A stretch of 64,000 nt of DNA from Betaproteobacteria bacterium (GTDB lineage Bacteria > Pseudomonadota > Gammaproteobacteria > Burkholderiales > SG8-41), in NCBI GenBank assembly GCA_016868035.1, contig VGID01000007.1:5302-69301 (forward strand), given 5' to 3'. Made by a program: the position numbers and the translations under genes. Within the stretch, counting starts at the first letter, position 1. Every line of letters starts with the position of its first letter. Positions 1-8,737 of the stretch are shown in pieces. Under the pieces are notes generated by a model. That model did not search any database. It saw only the letters and a list, made by a program, of their open reading frames with translations, and was not told the DNA's origin.

Positions 1-7
1 GAAGTGC

Positions 8-81
8 TGGAGGCGGGGGTCGGAATCGAACCGGCGTCCACGGCTTTGCAGGCCGCTGCATGACCACTCTGCCACCCCGCC
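8..81 (-). tRNA. tRNA-Cys (GCA)
   Basis: Reverse complement GGCGGGGTGGCAGAGTGGTCATGCAGCGGCCTGCAAAGCCGTGGACGCCGGTTCGATTCCGACCCCCGCCTCCA: cloverleaf, GCA anticodon, TTCGA T-loop, CCA end. Confidence 0.97.
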
Positions 82-103
82 GCGTCGCACAGGAAGAACT
101 AAA

Positions 104-143
104 AAGGGAAAGCGAAGCGAGGTGCCTCGCTTCGCTTTCCCTT
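104..143. repeat. Perfect hairpin in the tRNA-Gly/tRNA-Cys spacer
   Basis: AAGGGAAAGCGAAGCGAGG-TG-CCTCGCTTCGCTTTCCCTT, 19-bp inverted repeat. Confidence 0.85.
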
Positions 144-149
144 GAATTC

Positions 150-225
150 TGGAGCGGGAAACGAGTCTCGAACTCGCGACCTCAACCTTGGCAAGGTTGC
201 GCTCTACCAACTGAGCTATTCCCGC
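150..225 (-). tRNA. tRNA-Gly (GCC)
   Basis: Reverse complement GCGGGAATAGCTCAGTTGGTAGAGCGCAACCTTGCCAAGGTTGAGGTCGCGAGTTCGAGACTCGTTTCCCGCTCCA; canonical Gly-Cys tRNA pair downstream of pgsA. Confidence 0.97.
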
Positions 226-241
226 GTTGCCTGGCCAAAAA

Positions 242-271
242 ATTATAGGTCAGCGCTGCCTGCCCTGGCAA
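242..271 (-). promoter_or_regulatory. Putative sigma70 promoter of the tRNA pair
   Basis: Minus strand TTGCCA-N18-TATAAT ending 16 nt before the tRNA-Gly 5' end. Confidence 0.65.
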
Positions 272-352
272 GTTGCGGCCTGCCCGAGGTCCCGATGCCC
301 GGATTTCGGAGGGGGCACCAAGCGAGTCGCCAACAGCATGAATGCCACGCGC

Positions 353-1312
353 TCACTCGGCCGTCATTCCCGCGAGTTTCGCGATTTTGGTCCACTTGCC
401 GATCTCTTCCTCGATGAACTTGCCCCACTGCGCGGGCGTGCTGCCCACGACATCGGAGCCCATCTTGTTCATGCGCTCCCTGAAATCGGGAGCCTGCACG
501 ATGCGCACGACTCCCCGGTTCAGGCGTTCGATGATTGGCCGCGGCGTGTTGCGCGGCGCGAACATGCCGGTCCAGATCACCGCGTGGTAGCCGGGCACGC
601 CCGACTCCGCGATGGTGGGAAAATCGGGAAGGAACGCCGAGCGCTGCGCGCCGCCGATGCCGAGCCCGCGCAGTTTGCCGGCTCTGATATGCGGCAGCGA
701 GGCCACCGCGCCGGCGATCGCCATTTGCACCTGGCCTCCGAGCAGATCGATGAGCATCGGCCCAGAGCCCTTGTAAGGGATATGCACAATGTCGGCGCCG
801 GTCATCGCCTTGAACAGCTCCATGGGCAGCGCCACCGCATTCGAGCTCGAACCGTAATTCAGCTTGCCGGGGCGCGCCTTGACGTAATCCACCAGCTCCG
901 TCACCGATTTCACCGGCACCGTGGGATGCACCACCAGCAGCAGTTGCTGGCTGGCGGTCTGCGTGATCGGCGCGAAATCCTTCAACGTGTCGTACGGCAG
1001 CTTCTTTCCGAGCGCGACGTTGATCGCATGGCTGCTCGACACGATGATCAGCGTGTAGCCGTCGGGGGCCGACTTGGCCACGATGTCGGAGCCCGCGATA
1101 CCGTCCACGGCGGCCCGATTGTCGACGACCACGCTCTGGCCGAGCTCGTCCGAAAGACGCACCGCGATCATCCGTGCGAGGGTATCGGTACCGCCGCCGG
1201 GCGCGAACGGGACGATGAGCCGCACGGACTTGGTCGGATAACCCTGGGCAAACGCGCCGACATCGGCCAGACAGAATATTCCCAGGAAAGCGCTCAGCAG
1301 GAGACGGATCAT
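353..1312 (-). CDS. Bug/TctC family tripartite tricarboxylate transporter substrate-binding protein
   Basis: Signal peptide, YPTKSVRLIVPFAPGGGTD, APDGYTL, HIPYKGSGP motifs; GAGGAGG RBS before ATG at 1312. Confidence 0.93.
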   Translation of the reverse strand: MIRLLLSAFLGIFCLADVGAFAQGYPTKSVRLIVPFAPGGGTDTLARMIAVRLSDELGQSVVVDNRAAVDGIAGSDIVAKSAPDGYTLIIVSSSHAINVALGKKLPYDTLKDFAPITQTASQQLLLVVHPTVPVKSVTELVDYVKARPGKLNYGSSSNAVALPMELFKAMTGADIVHIPYKGSGPMLIDLLGGQVQMAIAGAVASLPHIRAGKLRGLGIGGAQRSAFLPDFPTIAESGVPGYHAVIWTGMFAPRNTPRPIIERLNRGVVRIVQAPDFRERMNKMGSDVVGSTPAQWGKFIEEEIGKWTKIAKLAGMTAE

Positions 1313-1343
1313 GGTGTCCTCCTCGGCGGAATGTCGCGGACGC

Positions 1344-2777
1344 TCATCGCCCGCACAACGCCCGTGCGAATTCGCGGGCGCTGAGCCGGTCCATATCGAG
1401 CACCGCATCGCGAATCTGTCCGGCGCGGCTGCGCGACACGACGAGCCCGGCGTTTTGCCAGAATTTCGCCGTGATCTCGTCGCCGGTCAGTGCGCGTTCC
1501 CCCGCCCCGCGGTTGACCGGCTCATGGTGCCTGAACTCGCGACCATCCCGGGTGGCGACGACCACGCCGCCGGAGAAATACCTGGGGAAGGTGGCGTGGG
1601 GGTCGACCTGGCACTTCACCTTCTGCGCGAGCCCGAGGATCTCCGCGTCGGCCAGCGCATCGCTTTCCAGCTCGGCCAGCCCGAAACGCCCGCGCACGAA
1701 GCATGCCGCGACCACGAACTGCGCGCTGAACTTGGCATCGTAGCTGCTGGCGGGCTTGAGCTTGTTCGCCTCCGGCTCGGCGACGAGATGCAGCGTCTCC
1801 CGCGGCAGCAGCGCGTGGATGCGCTCGATATCAGCGGCCTTCAGGCCGTGCTTGCGCCCGAGCTCGAGCGCGGAATCCGCGCAAGCATGGAGCAGATGGC
1901 AGATCGGGAAGGGCTTTACCGCAGTCGCGGCGACTTCCCATGTTTCACCAAGGCCCGCGGTGATTTTCGCGTAATCGACTTCGGCCTCCTGCTCGTGCAG
2001 ATGGCTCTTGAACAGCGCAAAGCGGCCCTCGTAAGCGCGCGACGGGCCGATGAAGCCGCCTCTCGCGAGACTCGCCGCGGTGATGCCCGCGACGCCGGCC
2101 CATCCCGGGTGCATGCGCTTGTTCCACGCGCCCTCCTCGAGAAACTCCTGGCTCGCCGCCGCAGTGCTGCCGGCGATGCCCTGCGCCATCATCAGTTGCC
2201 GCGCGCTCAAGCCCTGCAGCCAGCCTGCCTGCAGCGCGCAGGAGAAATGGCCGGCGATACCGGTCGGGTGAAAACCGAATCGGTGGAAGCCGCCCTTTGC
2301 CGCCATGCCCAGGCGGGTGACGACCTCGACTCCCAGGACATAACCGGCGAGGAGATCGCTTCCGCTCGCGCCGACATGCTCCGCGACGCCGAACGCGCAT
2401 GGCAGCGCGCTGGCGGTCGGATGCACGATGGCGTCGATGTGCGTGTCGTCGTAGTCCAGCCCATGCACCAGCACGCCATTCATCAAGACCGCATCGCGCA
2501 ACGGCAGCCGCTGCGTCATGCCGATCACCGAGCAGTTGCCCCCTTCCGCCAGCGTGCTGATCCCGGACAGCGTGCGGTGCGCAAAATCATAGTGCGTCGA
2601 AGCAAGCGCGATTCCCACCGCATCAAGGATCAGGTACTTGGCCCGCTCGCGCGCCTTCACGGGAATCGCGTCATAAGCGAAGCCCGCGGCGAACTCGGCG
2701 AGCCGCAAAGAAACCGGCGCAGCACCGAGCGCATCGGCGGGCTCGTCCCTGGTGACCGTTCTCAGCTGGAGGTTCAT
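1344..2777 (-). CDS. MmgE/PrpD family protein
   Basis: LILDAVGIAL, HGLDYDDTH..HP, GFHPTG, KPFPICH, AKFS motifs. Confidence 0.92.
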   Translation of the reverse strand: MNLQLRTVTRDEPADALGAAPVSLRLAEFAAGFAYDAIPVKARERAKYLILDAVGIALASTHYDFAHRTLSGISTLAEGGNCSVIGMTQRLPLRDAVLMNGVLVHGLDYDDTHIDAIVHPTASALPCAFGVAEHVGASGSDLLAGYVLGVEVVTRLGMAAKGGFHRFGFHPTGIAGHFSCALQAGWLQGLSARQLMMAQGIAGSTAAASQEFLEEGAWNKRMHPGWAGVAGITAASLARGGFIGPSRAYEGRFALFKSHLHEQEAEVDYAKITAGLGETWEVAATAVKPFPICHLLHACADSALELGRKHGLKAADIERIHALLPRETLHLVAEPEANKLKPASSYDAKFSAQFVVAACFVRGRFGLAELESDALADAEILGLAQKVKCQVDPHATFPRYFSGGVVVATRDGREFRHHEPVNRGAGERALTGDEITAKFWQNAGLVVSRSRAGQIRDAVLDMDRLSAREFARALCGR

Positions 2778-2943
2778 CTATCCCTCGTGGGCCCGCCCGA
2801 CAACACAATACCGGGAACGCGGCATATTCGTATCGCTCAAGGTTCCCGCTCGAAAGATTACTCCAACGCGGTACGTTCGGCCAGTCCCTGACGCGCTGTT
2901 TCGCTTGCCGCTTCCCCGGGCCGCAGAGTAAACTGCCGCGTCA

Positions 2944-2964
2944 TCAAGTCCGACAGGCTGCTAG
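2944..2964. repeat. Solo terminal inverted repeat of CTAG-ended MITE family A
   Basis: TCAAGTCCGACAGGCTGCTAG; related ends at 12140-12175 and 32573-32695. Confidence 0.6.
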
Positions 2965-3068
2965 TGCCGTTCCAACTTGTTTCTCCAAGTTGCCGCGGCT
3001 CGGCTCCCGGCAATAATCGGCCCTCGGGGCGACGGTGGGATAGGCACAAATAGTTGGAACGGCACTAG
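2961..3068. mobile_element. 108-bp MITE-like element (family B) with CTAG ends
   Basis: Perfect 17-bp terminal inverted repeats CTAGTGCCGTTCCAACT ... AGTTGGAACGGCACTAG; no coding capacity. Confidence 0.7.
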
Positions 3069-3171
3069 CTGGAAGGTGCGGCACGCTTTTCGCGCCAGCG
3101 TACCCCGAAGTGTCGATGCACGTTCGCCGCTTCCATCAACATCCACGCGCATTCAACAAGGAGCAAGACGC

Positions 3172-4710
3172 ATGGTGCAATACGATGTCATCGTGGTCGG
3201 CGCCGGCAATGCCGCGTTCGCCGCCGCCGTTTCGGCTCGCGAAAATGGGGCTCGCAGGGTGCTGGTGCTCGAGAAGGCGCCGGTCGAGCTGCGCGGGGGC
3301 AATACGCATTACAGCGGCGCAGCGTTCCGGATCGCCTTCAACTCGCCCGAGGACCTGCGGCCGCTCGTACCGGATGCGGAGAAGCATCACCCGGGCTTCT
3401 TCGCCAACGTGGTTCCCTACCCCGCCGAGCTGTTCTGGTCGGACTTGCGCAAGGTAACCGAGAATCGCACCGATGAGCGGCTGGCCGGGATCCTCATCGG
3501 CAAGTCGTATGAAACCGTGCGCTGGATGCGCGATATCGGGATCAAGATGGAGCCGGCGGAAATGCTGGGCGCCATCAAGTTCGGCGGCAAGATCAAGTTT
3601 CTCTCGGGCGCCGTCATCCGGGCACTGGGAGAAGGCGTGGGGCTGTCCAGGATGTGGTTCGCGATTGCCGAGGCCCGTCAAGTGGAGGTCCGCTACCAGA
3701 CGCGTGCCGTGCGTCTGCTCCAGGACAAGTCGGGCCGCGTCAACGGCGTGCTGGCGCAGGGTCCCGGCGGCTTCGGGGAGATCCGGGGCAAGGCGGTGGT
3801 GCTGGCCTGTGGCGGGTACGAATCGAACCCGGAGTGGCGCGCCCGCTACCTGGGGCGGCCGTGGGACCTCGCCAAGGTGCGCGGCACCGCCTTCAACACG
3901 GGCGACGGCCTGAACATGGCGTTCGAAGTCGGCGCGGCGCCTTACGGCCAATATACCGGCCTGCACTCCACGCCCATTGACGCGGCCGCGCCGGCTTTCG
4001 GCGATCGCAGGCTCACCGACAAGACCAACCGCCTGACCTATGCTTACAGCGTGATGATAAACAACCGCGGCCAGCGCTTTGCCAACGAAGGCGAGGATTT
4101 CAACATGCTCACGTACGCGAAGATGGGGCAGATCATCCTCGCTCAACCGGGCGGCGTGGCCTATCAGATCTTCGATTCGAAAGTCACGGAGCTGCTCGAG
4201 CCGCGTTACCAGACTGCCAAGCCCTGCGTCGCCGATACGCTGGAAGGGCTGATCCGCCTGCTGCCCGTGGACCAGGAACAGGCGCTCGCCACGCTGCACG
4301 CCTATCACGCGGCGCTCCAGGGCGGCGAGTTCAACCCGTTGATAAAGGATGGCCTGCGTACGAAAGGCTTGCCCGTGGACAAGACCAACTGGGCACAGCG
4401 CATCGACACACCGCCCTTCTACGCCTATCCGGTTACCGGCGGCGTGACCTTCACATTCGGCGGAGTGCTCGTGAACGACGACGCCCAGGTAATGAGCGTG
4501 GCTTATACGCCGATCCGCGGCCTGTACGCATGCGGCGAAATGGTCGGCGGCTTGTTCCACTACAACTACCCGGGCGGGTCGGGCCTGGTTTCGGGGTCCG
4601 TGTTCGGACGCATCGCTGGAGCCAACGCCGCGCGTGCGGCGAAAACAACCAAGCCGGCGAGCAAGCGCCGCGGTAGCGCGGGCGGGCGCGCATCAAGAAG
4701 GCGGCGTTAG
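3172..4710 (+). CDS. FAD-binding dehydrogenase, TcuA (tricarballylate dehydrogenase)/FAD_binding_2 family
   Basis: YDVIVVGAGNAA, RGGNT, VRGT.FNTGDG, GVTFTFGG, GLYACGEMVGGLFHYNYPGGSGL; AAGGAG RBS. Confidence 0.85.
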   Translation: MVQYDVIVVGAGNAAFAAAVSARENGARRVLVLEKAPVELRGGNTHYSGAAFRIAFNSPEDLRPLVPDAEKHHPGFFANVVPYPAELFWSDLRKVTENRTDERLAGILIGKSYETVRWMRDIGIKMEPAEMLGAIKFGGKIKFLSGAVIRALGEGVGLSRMWFAIAEARQVEVRYQTRAVRLLQDKSGRVNGVLAQGPGGFGEIRGKAVVLACGGYESNPEWRARYLGRPWDLAKVRGTAFNTGDGLNMAFEVGAAPYGQYTGLHSTPIDAAAPAFGDRRLTDKTNRLTYAYSVMINNRGQRFANEGEDFNMLTYAKMGQIILAQPGGVAYQIFDSKVTELLEPRYQTAKPCVADTLEGLIRLLPVDQEQALATLHAYHAALQGGEFNPLIKDGLRTKGLPVDKTNWAQRIDTPPFYAYPVTGGVTFTFGGVLVNDDAQVMSVAYTPIRGLYACGEMVGGLFHYNYPGGSGLVSGSVFGRIAGANAARAAKTTKPASKRRGSAGGRASRRRR

Positions 4711-4854
4711 CGGAAATGCGCGCCGCCGCCACCTGGTGCAGCGGATGTCCAACCGGGCCAGTTGCGCGGAGAAGAAACGCGCCGACGCCTCGGAGCTTGC
4801 CGCAATTGCTGGTCGTGACGTGAAGCCCGCGGCGGCAACGATTCCTCGTGCCCG

Positions 4855-5424
4855 CTACTCCGTGCGCCAAGCAAGCGGCAAGGCGACTTTCAGGTAGTAA
4901 GCCATGGACACCAGCGTGAGCGCCGCGGCGAGGTAGATCAGCCCGGTGCCGACCGCGTGCACCGGGAAGGCGCCGATGTCGTCGTGGTACAGCAGCAGCG
5001 GAATGGCGACCATCTGCAGCGCCGTCTTGAGTTTGCCCAGGAACGACACCGCCACGCTCGTCGCCTTGCCGATCTTCGCCATCCACTCGCGCAGCGCGGA
5101 GATCGCGATTTCGCGCCCGATGATAATGAGCGCAACGATCGCGTCCACCCGCTCGAGCTGGACCAGGATCACCAGCGCGGCCGCGACCATCAGCTTGTCG
5201 GCAACGGGGTCTAGAAAAGCGCCGAAAGCCGAGGTCTGGTTGAGCTTGCGGGCGAGCCACCCGTCGAGCCAGTCGGTGAGCGCGGCCACCGTGAACAGAA
5301 TGGTGGCCACGAGGTTCTGGTTGGGGGCGGATACCCAGCTCTTCTCGAAGTAGAAGATCCCGACGAACAGCGGGATCAGCACGATGCGCAGCCAGGTTAG
5401 GAGATTGGGAAGGTTGGCAAGCAT
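4855..5424 (-). CDS. pgsA: CDP-diacylglycerol--glycerol-3-phosphate 3-phosphatidyltransferase
   Basis: NLPNLLTWLRI, DWLDGWLARK..TSAFGAFLDPVADKL motif; follows uvrC. Confidence 0.97.
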   Translation of the reverse strand: MLANLPNLLTWLRIVLIPLFVGIFYFEKSWVSAPNQNLVATILFTVAALTDWLDGWLARKLNQTSAFGAFLDPVADKLMVAAALVILVQLERVDAIVALIIIGREIAISALREWMAKIGKATSVAVSFLGKLKTALQMVAIPLLLYHDDIGAFPVHAVGTGLIYLAAALTLVSMAYYLKVALPLAWRTE

Positions 5425-5435
5425 GGCGACCGCCG

Positions 5436-7400
5436 TCAGTGCAATTCGTGATAGATCCTCTCCGCCAGCGCGCGGGAGATGCCCTCGACCCCGGCGAGAT
5501 CCTCGATGCTCGCGGCGAGCACCCCCCGCAGCCCCCCGAAGTGGGCGAGCAGGCGCTGCCGGCGCTTCGCACCCACGCCGGAGATGTGCTCGAGGCTCGA
5601 GCTCGCTCGCGCCTTGCCGCGGCGGGCGCGGTGGCCCTGGATGGCGAAGCGGTGCGCTTCGTCGCGGACCTGCTGGACGAGATGAAGCGCCGGGTGGTCC
5701 TTGCCGAGCCGCAAGGGCTCCGCACGTCCGCGCAGCAGCAACTGCTCCATTCCCGGTTTGCGTTCTTCGCCCTTCGCCACGGCTGCCAGCTCCACGTCGG
5801 AGAGGCCGAGCTCGGCGAACACCTCTTCCGCGACGGCAAGCTGGCCGCGCCCGCCGTCGATCAGCACGAGGTCCGGCACCCTGCCCTCCCCCGCGACCAC
5901 CTTGCGGTAGCGCCTCGAAAGCACTTCCCGCAGCGCTGCGTAATCGTCGCCCGGAGTGACGCCGGGAACGGAAGTGACGACTGACGACTGACGACTGACA
6001 GCGGCTGGCCGCTCGTCACCCCGGGCGCGATGAGCGGCGCGTTGCGTCCGTTCGATCGCGCCGAGGTCAGACGGCGATCGATCGTCCGTTCTGACCTGAA
6101 TGTTGTAACGGCGGTAATCGCTCTTCTGCATCGTTGCTTTGTCGTAGACCACGCACGAAGCGACGGTGGCCTCGCCCATAGTATGGCTGATGTCGAAGCA
6201 CTCGATGCGCTGGAGCGGTCCGGGAAGCTCGAGCGAGCGCTGGAGCGCCGTCAGGCGCGCTTCCTGGTTCGCCTGCATCCCGAGCACCTGCTCGGCGCCG
6301 AGCCGCGCGTTCTGCGCGGCCATCTCGAGCCAGGCCTTCTGGACTCCCGCCGGGGACACCGTGATCCGCACCTTCCGCCCGGCGCGCTCGCTGAGCAGCA
6401 TCTCGAGTGCCGACGCATCGGTGCGCGTGCCGATCACGATTCGCGGCGGGGTATCCTGCTCCAGGTAGTGCTGGTGGAGGAACGCCTCGATCACCTGCTC
6501 GGTGCCGCATCCGTCCGCGTTGCGCGGGAAGAAGTTCTTGTCGCCCAGATGATGGCCGCCACGGATCATCACCAGATTCACGCATACCAGTTCCGCCGCG
6601 CGCGCGCACGCGATGACGTCGGCGTCGCCTCCGCCATCGCTGCTCACGAACTGTTTTTCGCGGACCTTGTGCAGCGCCGCGATCTGGTCGCGGATCAGGG
6701 CGGCCTCTTCGTACTCCATGCGCTCCGAAGCCGCGTTCATGCGCGCAACGAGACGGTCGATGACTTCCTCCCCGCGGCCCGAGATGAACAGCTCGGCGCT
6801 CTTGACGTCCTCCGCGTAGGCGCTCTCGCTCACGAGCTTCACGCACGGTCCCGTGCAGCGCCGGATCTGATAAAGCAGGCACGGGCGCGAGCGGTGGCTG
6901 AACACGGTGTCCTCGCAGGTACGGATGCGAAAGACCTTTTGCAGCAGCTGTATGCTCTCGCGCACCGCGCCCGCGTTGGGAAAGGGCCCGAAATAGCGGT
7001 GCCGCTTGTCGCGACTGCCGCGATGGAATCCCAGGCGCGGATACGGGGCGCCACTGAGCATGAGATATGGATACGATTTATCGTCACGAAACAGTATGTT
7101 ATAGCGTGGAGTTAATGTTTTTATTAAGTTATTTTCCAGCAGCAGCGCCTCGGCTTCGGAGCGCGTCACCGTGGTCTCCACGGCGCTCACCTGCGCCAGC
7201 ATCACCCGAATGCGCCGGGCGAGCCCGCTTTGCTTCTGGAAATAGGAGGTCACCCTCTTCTTCAGGTCGAGCGCCTTGCCCACGTAGAGCACTTCGCCCG
7301 CGCTGTTGAGCATGCGGTAGACGCCGGGCAGGTGCGGCAGACCCGAGACGGCCTGGGCGGGATCAAACTCGGGGGCGCCAGCCGTGCGCGCGCTCACCAT
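5436..7400 (-). CDS. uvrC: Excinuclease ABC subunit C, with a 44-aa in-frame insertion
   Basis: GIY-YIG (PGVYRM..LYVGKA), RIECFDISH, DLVLIDGGRGQ, RDEAHRFAI, HhH C-terminus. Confidence 0.97.
   Translation of the reverse strand: MVSARTAGAPEFDPAQAVSGLPHLPGVYRMLNSAGEVLYVGKALDLKKRVTSYFQKQSGLARRIRVMLAQVSAVETTVTRSEAEALLLENNLIKTLTPRYNILFRDDKSYPYLMLSGAPYPRLGFHRGSRDKRHRYFGPFPNAGAVRESIQLLQKVFRIRTCEDTVFSHRSRPCLLYQIRRCTGPCVKLVSESAYAEDVKSAELFISGRGEEVIDRLVARMNAASERMEYEEAALIRDQIAALHKVREKQFVSSDGGGDADVIACARAAELVCVNLVMIRGGHHLGDKNFFPRNADGCGTEQVIEAFLHQHYLEQDTPPRIVIGTRTDASALEMLLSERAGRKVRITVSPAGVQKAWLEMAAQNARLGAEQVLGMQANQEARLTALQRSLELPGPLQRIECFDISHTMGEATVASCVVYDKATMQKSDYRRYNIQVRTDDRSPSDLGAIERTQRAAHRARGDERPAAVSRQSSVVTSVPGVTPGDDYAALREVLSRRYRKVVAGEGRVPDLVLIDGGRGQLAVAEEVFAELGLSDVELAAVAKGEERKPGMEQLLLRGRAEPLRLGKDHPALHLVQQVRDEAHRFAIQGHRARRGKARASSSLEHISGVGAKRRQRLLAHFGGLRGVLAASIEDLAGVEGISRALAERIYHELH
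5964..6095. repeat. 132-bp heptamer-containing palindromic insertion inside uvrC
   Basis: Splits RYNIQ/GVTPGDDY; contains GTGACGA-CTGACGA-CTGACGA-CTGACA; 16-bp identity (GAAGTGACGACTGACG) with 8738-8753. Confidence 0.8.
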
Positions 7401-7467
7401 TCGTGGGGCAGCCGTCCGGCTGGGGTCCGTGCTCGCGCGCGTATGGGGATCTGTGCGACGCGCATCT

Positions 7468-8106
7468 TCAGGCCGGGCATGAGAGCTCTTCGGCAATGGC
7501 GGTGACGACCTTCCGGAACATCTCCGGAGTAAGGCGTCCCGTCTGCGTATTATAGCGGCTGCAGTGATAGCTATCGTAGAGCGTGAGCCCGCGCGCGGGG
7601 ACGTGGCGCGCGCCGTGGCTGAACTTGAAGCGTGTGCCGGGGGTTTTTAGCGCCATCAGCACCGCCCGATGCGCTACCGCTCCCAGCGCGAGGATTACCG
7701 AGCCCTCGGGCAACGCCTCGATTTCATTGCGCAGGTACCCGTTGCAGCGGCGCACCTCGTCGGAGCGCGGCAGGTTCGCGGGAGGCAGGCATTTCACCGC
7801 ATTGGTGATCCGGCATCGGTATAAACGAAGCCCGTCGTCCGCGCTGATCGCTACCGGAGCACTCGAGAACCCGAACCGGTATAGCGTATCGTAGAGCAGA
7901 ATGCCCGCGTGATCCCCGGTGAACGGGCGCCCCGTGCGGTTGGCACCGTGCATGCCTGGAGCGAGCCCGACGACAAGCAGGCGCGCGTGCTCCGGCCCGA
8001 ACGGGGACACCGGCCGGGCGTGATAATCGGGACGCTGCGCGCGCACCCGTTCCAAATGGCGCGCAAGCCGCGCGCACCGGCGGCAGGATTCGGAGAACCT
8101 GGGCAT
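7468..8106 (-). CDS. Uracil-DNA glycosylase, family 5 (UdgB-like)
   Basis: CRRC, GLAPGMHGANRTGRPFTGD, NAVKCLPP, SYHCSRYNTQTG. Confidence 0.92.
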   Translation of the reverse strand: MPRFSESCRRCARLARHLERVRAQRPDYHARPVSPFGPEHARLLVVGLAPGMHGANRTGRPFTGDHAGILLYDTLYRFGFSSAPVAISADDGLRLYRCRITNAVKCLPPANLPRSDEVRRCNGYLRNEIEALPEGSVILALGAVAHRAVLMALKTPGTRFKFSHGARHVPARGLTLYDSYHCSRYNTQTGRLTPEMFRKVVTAIAEELSCPA

Positions 8107-8162
8107 GAGGCGGGACTCTTGGTGTAGAATTACGCGCTTTTCGGGAACGACAGGCAGTTCCA

Positions 8163-8729
8163 ATGGCAAAAGTTCTTGCGACCGAGGTCCGCGCCGGCAA
8201 CCTCATCGAGTGGGAAAAACGCGTCTGGCGCGTGCTCAAATCCTACCATGTCCACGTCGGCGGCCGTGGCGGTGCCTTCATGCAGCTGGAGATGAAGGAC
8301 ATCGAGTCCGGGACCAAGAAGAACGAGCGCATCCGGACCGAGGACAAGCTCGAGCGGGCGTTCGTCGAGCCGCGCGAGATGCAGTATCTCTACCACGATG
8401 GCGACAGCTACGTGTTCATGGACAAGGAGAGCTTCGAGCAGCTCACGCTGTCGGGCGAGTTTCTCGAAGGGCAGACCGGATATCTGATCCCCAACACCGA
8501 CGTGCAGGTCAATTTTCACAACGACCGCCCGATCGGCGTGCAGCTGCCTCCGGCGGTGGTCCTGACGGTCGTGGAAACCGAGCCCAACCTCAAGGGCGCC
8601 ACCGCGACGGGCTCGTTCAAGCCCGCGAAGACCGAGGCCGGGCTTACCGTGCTGGTGCCCCAGTTCGTGACGGGCGGGGTCAAGATCAAGGTCAATACCG
8701 ATACCGGCGAGTATATCGAACGTGCGTAG
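8163..8729 (+). CDS. efp: Elongation factor P (atypical loop HVGGRGG)
   Basis: 188 aa; QYLY.DG..YVFMD.ESFEQ, KPA..E.G..V.VPQFV, NT.TGEYIERA. Confidence 0.9.
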   Translation: MAKVLATEVRAGNLIEWEKRVWRVLKSYHVHVGGRGGAFMQLEMKDIESGTKKNERIRTEDKLERAFVEPREMQYLYHDGDSYVFMDKESFEQLTLSGEFLEGQTGYLIPNTDVQVNFHNDRPIGVQLPPAVVLTVVETEPNLKGATATGSFKPAKTEAGLTVLVPQFVTGGVKIKVNTDTGEYIERA

Positions 8730-8737
8730 CGCCGCAA

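Noticed and set aside
8-225. Prophage or integrative element at the tRNAs
   Set aside because: No integrase or duplicated tRNA 3' end noticed in the window; DNA beyond the tRNA-Cys 3' end is out of view.
5964-6095. Possible intein or self-splicing intron in uvrC
   Set aside because: Only 44 aa with no intein terminal residues, and too short for a group I/II core.
7090-7135. Possible dif site in the AT-rich stretch
   Set aside because: Lacks the XerD arm TTATGTTAAAT and lies within a coding region.
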